From Haloquadratum sp. (lineage in GTDB: Archaea > Halobacteriota > Halobacteria > Halobacteriales > Haloferacaceae), in NCBI GenBank assembly GCA_028275165.1, contig JAQCNF010000064.1, positions 1 through 22,368 on the forward strand: 22,368 nt of DNA. Direction: 5' to 3'. The translations under genes were made by a program, and so were the position numbers. A model generated the notes under the pieces. It was not told the origin of the DNA. It saw only the letters and a program-made list of their open reading frames with translations, and ran no database searches. This document shows positions 9,425-18,493 of the stretch, one piece after another (positions within the stretch are counted from its first letter, which is position 1; each line of letters opens with the position of its first letter).

Positions 9425-9931
9425 ATGTCAGATCTGTCTGTCAGATATATCGGCGATGACGACCCTGAGAAATGTACTGCAAAGAAGCTCTCACGATTTA
9501 ATCTCGTGGAGCTCGTTCATCACGATGCAGCGACACCGCATGGAACGATTTTAAATCCACATGCAGAACAGGCGTTATCTCCTGCTGATGATAAGAGAGG
9601 GCCCTTGGTCGCACTTGACTGTTCGTGGGAAGCAGCTGATGAGGCCCGATTCAATCTCTCTGGAACTCACAGAGCGCTTCCATACGTAGTAGCAGCGAAC
9701 CCGATCAATTTCGGACGGCCATTACAACTGACGACAGTTGAGGCACTTGCTGCAGCACTGATTATCCTTGACCAACGCAGCCGTGCAGAGGCATTACTCA
9801 GTAAATTTCGGTGGGGCCACACCTTTCTTGAACTCAATGAAGAACCGCTGGCGCGGTATGCAACATGTGAAGACTCAGCTGAAATAGTGAAAGTTCAACA
9901 ATCATATCTTGACCGATATGAGTCTGAGTGA
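9425..9931 (+). CDS. tsr3: 16S rRNA aminocarboxypropyltransferase Tsr3 (DUF367 family)
   Basis: Motifs [49 protein letters not shown]. The start is taken at ATG 9425. The track's GTG at 9383 overlaps the serS stop and adds 14 residues that do not look conserved. Confidence 0.8.
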   Translation: MSDLSVRYIGDDDPEKCTAKKLSRFNLVELVHHDAATPHGTILNPHAEQALSPADDKRGPLVALDCSWEAADEARFNLSGTHRALPYVVAANPINFGRPLQLTTVEALAAALIILDQRSRAEALLSKFRWGHTFLELNEEPLARYATCEDSAEIVKVQQSYLDRYESE

Positions 9932-10031
9932 TGAGAGCTGAATAGGGACGTTCCTCATCGGGTTAAGCTACCAATTGCCTGCAATACACAGACAGGGAGC
10001 TTTTAGTAACGCAGATTGTACTAACGGCAAT

Positions 10032-11006
10032 ATGATTTTTGAGTCACTCCCCACAACTCCTCGATCGGCAGAGCTTCTTGACAAAGCTTTTTCGCGTGCT
10101 AGTCGGTCAGGACGTGCCAAATCCGGATTTGAGGCTCAGCAATCGATGTTACAGACAGCCTCTGCCATCTTAGCTGATAATCTCGAAAACGTCGTGACAG
10201 AGTGGCCCGATTTCTCGACTGTCGATCCTTTTTACTATGAACTTGCTGATGCGATTGTGAGTGTCGATTCGCTTCGACAGAGTCTCTCCGAGGTGACGTG
10301 GGCGAGTCGACAGGTCCGTGAATTGCGAAGTGAGTACCAAAGGAAAATGCGAAATGCAAATCCACAGCGGGCGCAAAAACACAGGAAACAGGCCTTTGCC
10401 CGAATGGCTGACGTTGTTGAGGAAGTCCAAGTTGACCTCCGACAGATTGGCGATGCACGCGATGAACTCAAAAGTTTGCCGGACATCTCGCCTGCCGAGC
10501 CGGCGATTGTCGTTGCAGGGTATCCGAATGTCGGCAAATCATCATTTGTGAACCACGTCACACGTGCCAGTAACCAGATCGCCCAATATCCATTTACGAC
10601 GACACAAATACGTGTTGGCCACTTTGACCGAAATCGGATTCGGTATCAAATTATCGACACTCCAGGACTCTTGGACCGCCCAGCAGATAACCGCAATGAG
10701 ATTGAGCAACAAGCAGTCAGTGCAGTCGAACACCTCGCTGACTCGGTTATATTTATGTTTGATGCGAGTGAGTCCTGTGGATATGAACTGAGCGCACAGC
10801 GTGAACTCGAGAGAGAGATTCGCCGTCGATTTGAGCATACCGACGTTCCTGTACTGACAGTGAATAATAAAAGTGACCGGCTGAAAGGAGAGGGTGTTGG
10901 CTACCAGATGAGCGTTAAGCATTCTGAGGGAATTGAAGAGATATTAGATGCGGCTATTGAAGCTGTTGACTGGGAACCAGAGATCCCACCTTCCCGACAA
11001 TCATAG
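10032..11006 (+). CDS. NOG1-family GTP-binding protein
   Basis: It starts MIFESLPTTPRSAELLDKAFSRA. P-loop AGYPNVGKSSFVN, then YPFTT, DTPGLLDRP and NKSD. The start is at ATG 10032, because the track start at 9975 is TTG. Confidence 0.85.
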   Translation: MIFESLPTTPRSAELLDKAFSRASRSGRAKSGFEAQQSMLQTASAILADNLENVVTEWPDFSTVDPFYYELADAIVSVDSLRQSLSEVTWASRQVRELRSEYQRKMRNANPQRAQKHRKQAFARMADVVEEVQVDLRQIGDARDELKSLPDISPAEPAIVVAGYPNVGKSSFVNHVTRASNQIAQYPFTTTQIRVGHFDRNRIRYQIIDTPGLLDRPADNRNEIEQQAVSAVEHLADSVIFMFDASESCGYELSAQRELEREIRRRFEHTDVPVLTVNNKSDRLKGEGVGYQMSVKHSEGIEEILDAAIEAVDWEPEIPPSRQS

Positions 11007-11140
11007 GCATGATATCCTCACAGTATCTGTCGGTCAACTGAGTGAATATCATAGACGTGAGTAGTTGCGGGAAACTGACCTCCGACTGATTCAAAGATGG
11101 GTTGTCCTCTAAAGTTCCCTTCGCGCGCGCTAGCCGTGAA

Positions 11141-11647
11141 CTATAGTGGTGGTCCTCCAGAGGTTCCTCCACCAGTCTCAGTTGCTTTTTCAACTAATCC
11201 GCCCACGATGCCTGTATAATCATATCCCGGAATAATTCCCTCAACATAGGTTCCCTCGGCATATTCGACAACTGAAACGCAATCATCCACTGCTCGTTTA
11301 GCATCTATATCCTTGATCTCGGCCCGCACAACAGCAACATTTTCATCTTGTGTTGTCTCGATCGTGAGTGCGTCCTGGCCGCGGGTAGCGCTCGCTGCAT
11401 CCTCCATTCGGAGACTGAACGTATCTAACCATCCGTTTTCAACAACTTCGGGCACGTCCTGTTTTGTAGCGGCATCCAGCATTGGAATCTTGAGCTCGAT
11501 ATCGAACACGAGATGCGAGTCATCTGTCTGCACCTGCAGTTCAGCATCGAATGTTGTTGACGTGACTACATATCTATCATCTGATTGACTCATGACTGAA
11601 TCATTTCTACGGAGTGCGCGTACAGCACGCTCACGAGCATCACTCAT
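11141..11647 (-). CDS. conserved-looking acidic hypothetical protein
   Basis: 168 aa from ATG 11647 (MSDARERAV...). The product is highly acidic with a Gly-rich tail. A T-rich TATA-like tract at -33 to -23 supports this start. I recognised no family. Confidence 0.6.
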   Translation of the reverse strand: MSDARERAVRALRRNDSVMSQSDDRYVVTSTTFDAELQVQTDDSHLVFDIELKIPMLDAATKQDVPEVVENGWLDTFSLRMEDAASATRGQDALTIETTQDENVAVVRAEIKDIDAKRAVDDCVSVVEYAEGTYVEGIIPGYDYTGIVGGLVEKATETGGGTSGGPPL

Positions 11648-11669
11648 TACCTTAGCTGAAACAGTAGAG

Positions 11670-11680
11670 TAAAAAAATAA
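11670..11680 (-). promoter_or_regulatory. TATA-like tract for the 11647 gene
   Basis: The minus strand reads TTATTTTTTTA at -33 to -23 relative to ATG 11647, which fits a leaderless transcript. Confidence 0.35.
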
Positions 11681-11872
11681 CACGTCTCATCGTTTCGAGA
11701 GTGACTGAGTTTCTGTCAGCTCATGTATACTGCTGCATCAATACCGCGCTGGCATGCGACATGATTAAGTGAGTGTAAACAGTTCTTTGAGTCGACGCTT
11801 CGTCTGGAGGGCCGAAGCGTCAGCGGGGACCAATTCAGGGCGGATATGTGCCGGGAGAATATTTCTCCCGGC

Positions 11873-12565
11873 TCATCTCTTCTGTGCAGAGCTTCGTGAT
11901 GGAGCAAGGCGCTCACCAACAATCAATTGTCTTACCTCCTCTAAGACGCCAAAATCAGCGAGCACTGCAAGCCTATCACCAACAGCAACTGAATCATCAG
12001 CAAGAGGTATGCTCATCGATTCACCAGCCTTCCCAAACGCGAGGAGACGTGCCTGAGCGGGAAGAGCAACTTCCTCAATGGTATATTTGCGTATTGGCGA
12101 ATCCTCAGTCACCCTCATCACAACGACCTGGAGGTTTGAAGCGACATCTGCGATCGCCTGGATTGACCCGCCGAGTAGTGCATTCTTGGCAGCGATCGCC
12201 CCCAGTCGCTCTGGATAGACTACCTCATCAACTTCATCAGCATAGTTTTGATACACCTCCTCACGATAATCCCGATCTACCCTCATGACGGTCCAAGTGC
12301 GATGATGCTTTGCAATCGAACATGCAGCAAAGTTCATATTTAGATCAGGCGTTAATGCCCCAATGGCTGCGGCATCTTTGATGCCAGCTGACTGAAGTGT
12401 CTCTTCACGACCACCATTCCCTTCAATTACCTCAAAACCACGGTCGCGGGCGTTGTCCGCCTCTGTTACATCTGCTTCAATCATTGTTAATTCATGACCC
12501 TCTTCACGGAGAACACGAGCCGTTCTGAGCCCAACTCGCCCAGTCCCAAGTATAACAATTTCCAT
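11873..12565 (-). CDS. trkA: TrkA-type K+ transport NAD-binding protein (TrkA-N plus TrkA-C)
   Basis: It has the Rossmann start MEIVILGTGRVGLRTARVLREEGHELTMIE. The C-terminal half is RCK_C-like (VVMRVTEDSPIRKYTIEEVALP...VAVGDRLAVLAD). Confidence 0.85.
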   Translation of the reverse strand: MEIVILGTGRVGLRTARVLREEGHELTMIEADVTEADNARDRGFEVIEGNGGREETLQSAGIKDAAAIGALTPDLNMNFAACSIAKHHRTWTVMRVDRDYREEVYQNYADEVDEVVYPERLGAIAAKNALLGGSIQAIADVASNLQVVVMRVTEDSPIRKYTIEEVALPAQARLLAFGKAGESMSIPLADDSVAVGDRLAVLADFGVLEEVRQLIVGERLAPSRSSAQKR

Positions 12566-12588
12566 ATTTATAATCGTGAAAGCGGGAA

Positions 12589-12596
12589 TTATAAAA
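12589..12596 (-). promoter_or_regulatory. trkA TATA box
   Basis: The minus strand reads TTTTATAA at -31 to -24 relative to the trkA ATG (12565), which fits a leaderless mRNA. Confidence 0.5.
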
Positions 12597-12603
12597 CACT
12601 TTA

Positions 12604-13470
12604 GTTGAGCTACCCATCCACAAATGAGTGGGATTCAGCGCGAATTCCCGTTCAAGCCTCTGAGGAGGCAGGTGGTTCATACTCACCGTTCAACGTCGCG
12701 CTGTTCAAGCGCACGCCCAAGGATGCGCTTTCGTCGTCCCCAGTTTGGTTGCGATGAAGATACCGAGGTCGATGTTCTTCGTAGCGTTGTAGTCGGCACG
12801 GTTCTCGTAGCTGCACTTTGACAGTCGAAGATTTCAGCCTCTCGGTTGTCCGGGTGCGTGAACAGGTCGAACACCGCCGCGACGTGTTCTCAAGATCATC
12901 CTGTTTGAGCTCGATACCGTACTCGGCGGGTTTGTATTCGACCGACTCGTACAGGCAATTGAACGCCCATCTGTGTCCCACACTCTTGTCGGTCGCCGCA
13001 CCGGTTCTCGCACTTTCGCTGCCAGTGGTCAAACTCGTCGTCAGTCCAGAACGCATCTGTCGAACCAACGGCCAGATTGTTCACACCGAGGTCGATCCCA
13101 CCCAAAGAGCCGCTCCGTGCGTGGTCGTTGCCTATTCCGCGTGTCAGACTCGATTTGCTCCTTACAGCAGATATGAAGTTGCCACCCGCGGTACTTCTGG
13201 TGTAGCTCTGCGTGGTTTCGTACTGGTCGTCGAACGTGGCGGTACGATGATCGTACACAACGTGCGGCGAAGTCATACGCGGCTTCAACACCTCCTCGCT
13301 GCTCTTCCAACTTGCATACCTCTGATAAGCTTCAGCGGCTTCGTTACGGGCGTTCTGGACCACACACGTCGTTTGTGAGCAATTCTACCGTCTATTCATT
13401 TTCCACACTGAGCAGCGCACTGACTGCAGCGACCGAAGTAAACGTGACGTCGCATCACGATATTCCTCTC
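12604..13470 (-). mobile_element. IS1341-type element relic, copy 2 (a different subfamily). The 5' boundary is uncertain.
   Basis: On the minus strand the right end reads GAATCCCACTCATTTGTGGATGGGTAGCTCAAC and finishes at 12604. The body is a deleted tnpB. The total length (<0.9 kb) is too short for an intact element. Confidence 0.65.
12652..13363 (-). pseudogene. tnpB: tnpB, heavily decayed with an internal deletion
   Basis: Blocks occur in several frames: GGIDLGVNNLAVGSTDAFWTDDEFDHWQRK (RuvC-I), WAFNCLYESVEYKPAEYGIELKQ, CSTC / THPDNREAEIFDCQ / YENRADYNATKNI (Zn finger plus RuvC-III with H to R), and the tail GVRLNSATLNGEYEPPA. The segment that should carry the RuvC-II Glu is missing. Confidence 0.8.
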
Positions 13471-13526
13471 ATATCGAACGAAGATGTCGAAAAGTCAATA
13501 TCCCTCTACATATATATCACATAGAC

Positions 13527-13760
13527 ATGGTGCATGCATTTGTCATGATAAAAACGAGCGCAACCGATATTGAACCGTTACAGAACACAATCGAAAATGT
13601 TGGTCCAGTAACCCAGGCTCATATCGTTGCTGGCGACTACGACGTCATTGCGCAGGCGGACGCAGATACTGTCTACAACATCTTAGACGCTGCAGCAAGT
13701 GGTATCCGAAGTATAGACGGTGTGGTTGACACAAAAACATACATCGCAATCGGTGATTGA
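13527..13760 (+). CDS. stand-alone Lrp/AsnC-type ligand-binding (RAM) domain protein
   Basis: 77 aa. MVHAFVMIKT...VTQAHIVAGDYDVIAQADADT...VVDTKTYIAI matches the beta-alpha-beta-beta-alpha-beta RAM domain pattern. No HTH is present. Confidence 0.75.
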   Translation: MVHAFVMIKTSATDIEPLQNTIENVGPVTQAHIVAGDYDVIAQADADTVYNILDAAASGIRSIDGVVDTKTYIAIGD

Positions 13761-13801
13761 CTCATCAGGTTATATAATGACAACACCCGGAATATCTGTG
13801 T

Positions 13802-14119
13802 ATGGCAACTATCCTAAATAGTCTCCTTTTTATCTGTGTTCTTGGATTACATACACTCGTTGCAGCAGTTCTTACGCGGTTTCTGCGCATCCGGTTGCGG
13901 ACACAGTGGGGGTATTTGTTCTATACAACTCTTGTTGGCACAGTGACGCTTTTTATCACTACATTGATATTTTCGGGAGTGCTCAATATCGGTATCAACC
14001 TTGGCGATGCGGTAACCGCTGCCATCATTATGATCGCTCTCCCATTAGGCCTTGGAGTTGCCATCGATATCCTATATGTCCCACCGCCTGAAGAGTATAC
14101 GTTGCCTGATACGGAATAA
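13802..14119 (+). CDS. small integral membrane protein, unknown function
   Basis: 105 aa with three hydrophobic spans (LLFICVLGLHTLVAAVL, LFYTTLVGTVTLFITTLIF, AAIIMIALPLGLGVAIDIL) and an acidic C-terminal tail. Confidence 0.6.
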   Translation: MATILNSLLFICVLGLHTLVAAVLTRFLRIRLRTQWGYLFYTTLVGTVTLFITTLIFSGVLNIGINLGDAVTAAIIMIALPLGLGVAIDILYVPPPEEYTLPDTE

Positions 14120-14161
14120 GCCGGCATAACTGGGTCAATGGCCTCAATCGAATCAAGCAGT

Positions 14162-14746
14162 TCAGCTCATTGCTGCATCAATACGCTCTGATACCTGGTT
14201 TGCGACCGCTGTCTTCGGTTGTGTCGCGTCAATCCGCGTCACACGTCTGGTGCCAGCAGAAAACAGTCTCTCATACTGCGCTTCAACCAATCTGAGGTAG
14301 TCAGTTCGCTCGAATTTATTTGTCGCGCCCGCTCGCTCGGCTGCTGTTTCTGGGTCAATTGAAAAGTAGATGGTGAGATCAGGAGAGTACGAAAATGGTC
14401 TATGTAGTGACCGGATGTACTCAAAGGGATTCTCAAGACGACTCTCGGCAAGTGCGGCACTCTGATAAGCAATTCGTGAATCTGAGTATCTGTCTGAGAT
14501 TACAGTCTTGCCTTGATTGAGTGCAGGGATGATACGCCGGTGCAGGTGATCAGCGTGGTCTGCCATGAATAAGAACAATTCTGCGAGTGGGTCCGCATTA
14601 TCATTATTCAGTGAGCGACTAACCGCATCACCATACCACGAGTGGGTCGGTTCGCGTGTAAAACAGTACTCTGTATATCGGTCACGAAGGTGCTCCCAAG
14701 CAGTTGTCTTTCCACTTCCATCCAGTCCTTCCAGGGTAATGAGCAT
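14162..14746 (-). CDS. tmk: thymidylate kinase
   Basis: P-loop start [15 protein letters not shown], then the DRY-type motif ([13 protein letters not shown]). At 194 aa, the length is typical. Confidence 0.9.
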   Translation of the reverse strand: MLITLEGLDGSGKTTAWEHLRDRYTEYCFTREPTHSWYGDAVSRSLNNDNADPLAELFLFMADHADHLHRRIIPALNQGKTVISDRYSDSRIAYQSAALAESRLENPFEYIRSLHRPFSYSPDLTIYFSIDPETAAERAGATNKFERTDYLRLVEAQYERLFSAGTRRVTRIDATQPKTAVANQVSERIDAAMS

Positions 14747-14770
14747 AGCTGCTATTGTGTATGGTTGTGA

Positions 14771-15417
14771 TTAACAGTTTGTGAACCGTCTCGGAGTCAA
14801 CGAGGTACTCAGCCTGTTCCACCTGTAGACCGTGCTCATCTTTGGACACGTCTGTAAGCCGGGGACATTACCTGAAGACATAGACTCTGGACGAACACAC
14901 ACGTCGAGAATATATATCATACCGACCATATCATGACCTGACGGATTTCCAGAGCACACATCAGTGCGGGATTCAATATACTCTTGAATCTGTCAGGTGC
15001 TTGTTCGTCTACTCGTGGGTGGACGAGTTCATGAGCTCTCTTTGTTAATATGTCAAAGCTGCGTGGAATACGCTCATCAAACCACTGCTGAGTGTAACGT
15101 GTGATGCTGTATTTTCTGTTCGGCCGAACATGAGGGCGATTTCATCTCTGCTTGTATGACCCTGCCACCTCGCTGGAATCACATGCTCTGTATTGCATTA
15201 TTCCTGTGGAATCGATTCACTGATCCACTGCCGCATACCATTTGAGGCTGGCACCCTCTCGTTCCGTCGAGGAGCGCGTTATCGTACAGTAGGAGGGCCA
15301 CACGAGTGCTTTTGTTGTCAACTCGAAGAGATTCTCCTCATGACTGCTTTGGCTCCAAGAGCGGATGACAGCGTTGCATGTGTATCGGACAGCAAGCGGC
15401 GATACGGAATACACCAT
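14771..15417 (-). pseudogene. tyrosine recombinase / phage-type integrase relic
   Basis: The minus strand, read across frames, gives several integrase-like pieces. TRVALLLYDNALLDGTR / EGASLKW looks like the Arg-I region. ...SITRYTQQWFDERIPRS... follows. Then TRPPTSRRTST*QIQEYIESRTDVCSGNPSGHDMVGMIYILD has the spacing of box II (H-x-x-R ... about 21 aa ... G-H ... Y). In-frame stops and frameshifts occur throughout. Confidence 0.5.
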
Positions 15418-15455
15418 CCAGATACATTTACATCAGTGGATGAGTTCGTCTCAGT

Positions 15456-16346
15456 ATGCACATTCTACTCGCCGGGGGGAGCGGATTCATCGGGAGCCGA
15501 TTATGTGCAGATCTGCTCTCAAATGGGCACGAAGTCAGAGTGCTCTCTCGGGACCCTCACCACGCAGACCTTCCTGAGGGCACTGAAGCAGTGATGGGTG
15601 ATGTAACCGCACCTGACTCGCTTGCACCAGCAGTCGAGAATGTCGACATCGTGTACAATCTTGTCGCGCTCTCGCCGCTGTTTACACCAGAGGGAGGCGA
15701 TAAGATGCATGATATTGTCCACCGAGAGGGAACGCAGAATCTTGTCGATGCAGCGGAGACAGCAAATGTTGCACAATTTGTCCAAATAAGTGCCTTAGGT
15801 GCGGACCCGCAGGGACCAACGTCGTATATCCGTGCCAAAGGTCGTGCAGAGGAAATTGTCCGCACATCGACGCTCACACACACTATTTTTCGCCCGTCTG
15901 TTGTTTTTGGCAGTGGCGGGGAATTTATTCGATTTACGAAACTACTCGCACCACCGTTTCTCAGTGCACTTCCTGGTGGCGGCAAAACACGATTTCAGCC
16001 AATTTGGGTCGGAGATTTAGTGCCGATGCTATCTGCGGCGATACAGGTGGACGCTCATGGAAATCAAACATATGAAGTTGGCGGCCCTGAAAAGCTGACT
16101 CTCGCTGAGATTGCCAAGAAGTTACATGCAGCAAACGGGCGTCCGACAACTGTCATTCCGATTCCGATGGGGATTGCAAAAGTTGGGCTCTCGATCGGCG
16201 AGCAGATCCCAGGGTTTCCTCTCGGTCTTGACCAGTATCGATCGCTACAGTTCGATAATGTCACAACTGATAGCGATATCACTGCATTCAATCTGACTCA
16301 GGCTGATCTTCGCCGAATCGAAACGCATCTGAATCGCGATCATTAG
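15456..16346 (+). CDS. NAD(P)-binding SDR-family protein (NmrA/NDUFA9-like epimerase/dehydratase fold)
   Basis: It has the Rossmann start MHILLAGGSGFIGSRLCADLLSNGHEVRVLSRDP and a YIRAKGRAE (Y-x3-K) motif. 296 aa. Confidence 0.8.
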   Translation: MHILLAGGSGFIGSRLCADLLSNGHEVRVLSRDPHHADLPEGTEAVMGDVTAPDSLAPAVENVDIVYNLVALSPLFTPEGGDKMHDIVHREGTQNLVDAAETANVAQFVQISALGADPQGPTSYIRAKGRAEEIVRTSTLTHTIFRPSVVFGSGGEFIRFTKLLAPPFLSALPGGGKTRFQPIWVGDLVPMLSAAIQVDAHGNQTYEVGGPEKLTLAEIAKKLHAANGRPTTVIPIPMGIAKVGLSIGEQIPGFPLGLDQYRSLQFDNVTTDSDITAFNLTQADLRRIETHLNRDH

Positions 16347-16542
16347 CGACGAGTGAGCGCCATACTGTCTGACGTCTGTCTGCTCTCTGTGATGTTTCCG
16401 TGAACAATCGCCAATTGAATGTGGCCAGAGGCCGTCTCTATCGACAAAATTCACAGTCCAGTGCGCGGAACAAACAATTTCATCAAAACGCTTATACTCC
16501 TCATCAGTATTAAATAAGTCTAATGGCGAGGAGACCCAGTAT

Positions 16543-17721
16543 ATGAAGCTTGCAATGATAGGCTTCGGGCAAGCAGGGGGGAAAATCATCGACAAATTTG
16601 TCGAGTATGACCAGCGACATGGGTCAAACATCGTCCAGTCAGCGATTGCGGTGAACACAGCAAAGGCTGACCTCATGGGACTGGAAAGTATCCCAACAGA
16701 GAGGCGCGTACTTATCGGCCAGGCGCGGGTAAAAGGACATGGTGTTGGCGCAGATAATGAACTCGGTGCAGAGATTGCCGAAGAAGATATTGATGAGATA
16801 CAGGGGGCCATCGATAATGTGCCTGTACACAAAATTGACGCATTTTTGATAGTTGCTGGGCTTGGCGGAGGGACTGGTAGCGGTGGATCGCCTGTGCTAG
16901 CCAAGCATCTCAAACGAATCTACACTGAACCAGTGTACGGCTTAGGTGTCCTTCCTGGGAGTGATGAAGGTGGCATCTATACGCTTAACGCAGCGCGCTC
17001 ATTCCAGACATTCGTTCGCGAGGTCGATAATCTATTAGTATTTGATAACGATGCCTGGCGTAAGACAGGCGAGTCTGTGCAAGGGGGGTATGACGAGATT
17101 AACGAGGAAATCGTCACGCGCTTTGGTGTTCTCTTTGGGGCCGGCGAAGTCGGAGAAAACGCTGAGGTAGCTGAATCAGTTGTCGATTCTTCAGAGATTA
17201 TAAATACGCTCGACAGTGGCGGGGTTTCAACAGTTGGATACGCTTCAGAAACAGTTGAAAACCCAAATACGGGGGGTCTTCTCTCAAAATTGACCAGTAG
17301 CTCAGATACACCAGAGTACGACACGACAAATACCACAAACCGAATCACATCACTGGTCAGAAAGGCCGCGTTAGGACGACTTACACTTCCATGCGAAATT
17401 GAGGGATCAGAACGGGCCCTGCTCGTCGTTGCAGGACCGCCGCCGTTTTTGAATCGAAAGGGAATTGAGCGCGGTCGCAAGTGGACCGAGGAACAAACCG
17501 GGAGTATGGAGGTCCGTGGTGGCGACTACCCGCTCAGATCGTCAGAACGAGTCGCTTCTGTGCTGTTATTATCTGGCGTGACAAATGTTCCCCGTATCAA
17601 GGAACTCCAACAAGTAGCAATCGAGGCGAAAGATAATATTGAGAATATTCGAAGCGAGAGTAAAGAGAATCTAAATGACTTGGTTAAGGATGATGATGAT
17701 GAATTGGAATCGCTTTTCTAA
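16543..17721 (+). CDS. cetZ: CetZ-family tubulin/FtsZ-superfamily cytoskeletal protein
   Basis: MKLAMIGFGQAGGKIIDKF, the tubulin signature GLGGGTGSGGSPVLAKHLK, NLLVFDNDAW, and an acidic tail DDDDELESLF. 392 aa. Confidence 0.9.
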   Translation: MKLAMIGFGQAGGKIIDKFVEYDQRHGSNIVQSAIAVNTAKADLMGLESIPTERRVLIGQARVKGHGVGADNELGAEIAEEDIDEIQGAIDNVPVHKIDAFLIVAGLGGGTGSGGSPVLAKHLKRIYTEPVYGLGVLPGSDEGGIYTLNAARSFQTFVREVDNLLVFDNDAWRKTGESVQGGYDEINEEIVTRFGVLFGAGEVGENAEVAESVVDSSEIINTLDSGGVSTVGYASETVENPNTGGLLSKLTSSSDTPEYDTTNTTNRITSLVRKAALGRLTLPCEIEGSERALLVVAGPPPFLNRKGIERGRKWTEEQTGSMEVRGGDYPLRSSERVASVLLLSGVTNVPRIKELQQVAIEAKDNIENIRSESKENLNDLVKDDDDELESLF

Positions 17722-18475
17722 ACTCGTTCTCGTCTGCATGGTGCTGACCGTAGCGTTTGCCAGTGCAGCAGGCGCAGTTGAACTTAACAGTGAAGACATG
17801 CTTAGCGATGGCGAGGTCGGTACACAACATACTTCAACGGTACAACTGACCGAATTGTATCAGAATCCATCGCTTGAGACGTGGACCGTTACTGGATCAA
17901 CTGAACTCACTGATGTCACGTGGACGGTGAGCTATTATGATCAAACGAATGCTCGATGGAAGCAAGAGTCATATGATGGACAAACGCTGACTGCTTATCC
18001 GGTCTCGGTGAGCGATGGCACGAGTGAAGTGACAGTCAAAATAACTGGAACGGTTCCAGAGGTTGATACTTACCAGTATAACCCTGCTCAAAATTTCACT
18101 GTCATGACACTCACACAGTCGCGACAGGGTGGGACATCGAACGAATTAGGTCAGTGGCAAGCAACCAAGTATACCCAAACGAGTCGTGAAGCTCGAGCAG
18201 AGATCGATGCTGCAGCAAGTGTCGTGAATTCAGTAAACTCAGATGAGGCTGATCAGAGCCTACAAAACGCAATTGATGCATACAATGGGGAACAGTTTGA
18301 ATTAGCCACCCAGTTAGCAAATGAAGCCCAGGCACAAGCTGAGCAGCGCCAGCAAAGTCAACAGACACAACAATTCCTCTTTCTTGGTGCTGGAGGAGTC
18401 GTCGTTCTCGCCCTCGTAATTGGCGCTGTCCTGTATTGGCGCTCACAGCGAAGCCAACCCGACAAGCTAGGCTAA
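17699..18475 (+). CDS. secreted protein with a C-terminal membrane anchor, unknown function
   Basis: It has a signal-peptide-like N-terminus (MNWNRFSKLVLVCMVLTVAFASAAGA|VE). About 190 aa of Thr/Gln-rich domain follow, then a Gln-rich helix (ANEAQAQAEQRQQSQQTQQ). The C-terminus has a TM span FLFLGAGGVVVLALVIGAVLY and a basic tail WRSQRSQ. Four tandem ATGs lie at 17690-17701, so the exact start is uncertain. Confidence 0.65.
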   Translation: MNWNRFSKLVLVCMVLTVAFASAAGAVELNSEDMLSDGEVGTQHTSTVQLTELYQNPSLETWTVTGSTELTDVTWTVSYYDQTNARWKQESYDGQTLTAYPVSVSDGTSEVTVKITGTVPEVDTYQYNPAQNFTVMTLTQSRQGGTSNELGQWQATKYTQTSREARAEIDAAASVVNSVNSDEADQSLQNAIDAYNGEQFELATQLANEAQAQAEQRQQSQQTQQFLFLGAGGVVVLALVIGAVLYWRSQRSQPDKLG

Positions 18476-18493
18476 CAAGCCACACCTGCGCGA

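Noticed and set aside
11848-12288. A 146-aa plus-strand ORF overlapping trkA.
   Set aside because: It is antisense to trkA. The product is a low-complexity Pro/Gln/Ser/Arg-rich sequence.
12818-13378. A 186-aa plus-strand ORF across IS relic copy 2.
   Set aside because: It is the antisense shadow of the tnpB pseudogene. It has no motif and a basic composition.
16245-16913. A 222-aa minus-strand ORF spanning the 3' end of the SDR gene, the intergenic gap and the 5' end of cetZ.
   Set aside because: It is antisense to two well-supported genes. Its composition is low-complexity and rich in Ser, Pro, Ala and Ile, and not acidic, unlike every credible protein here. This is a typical shadow ORF.
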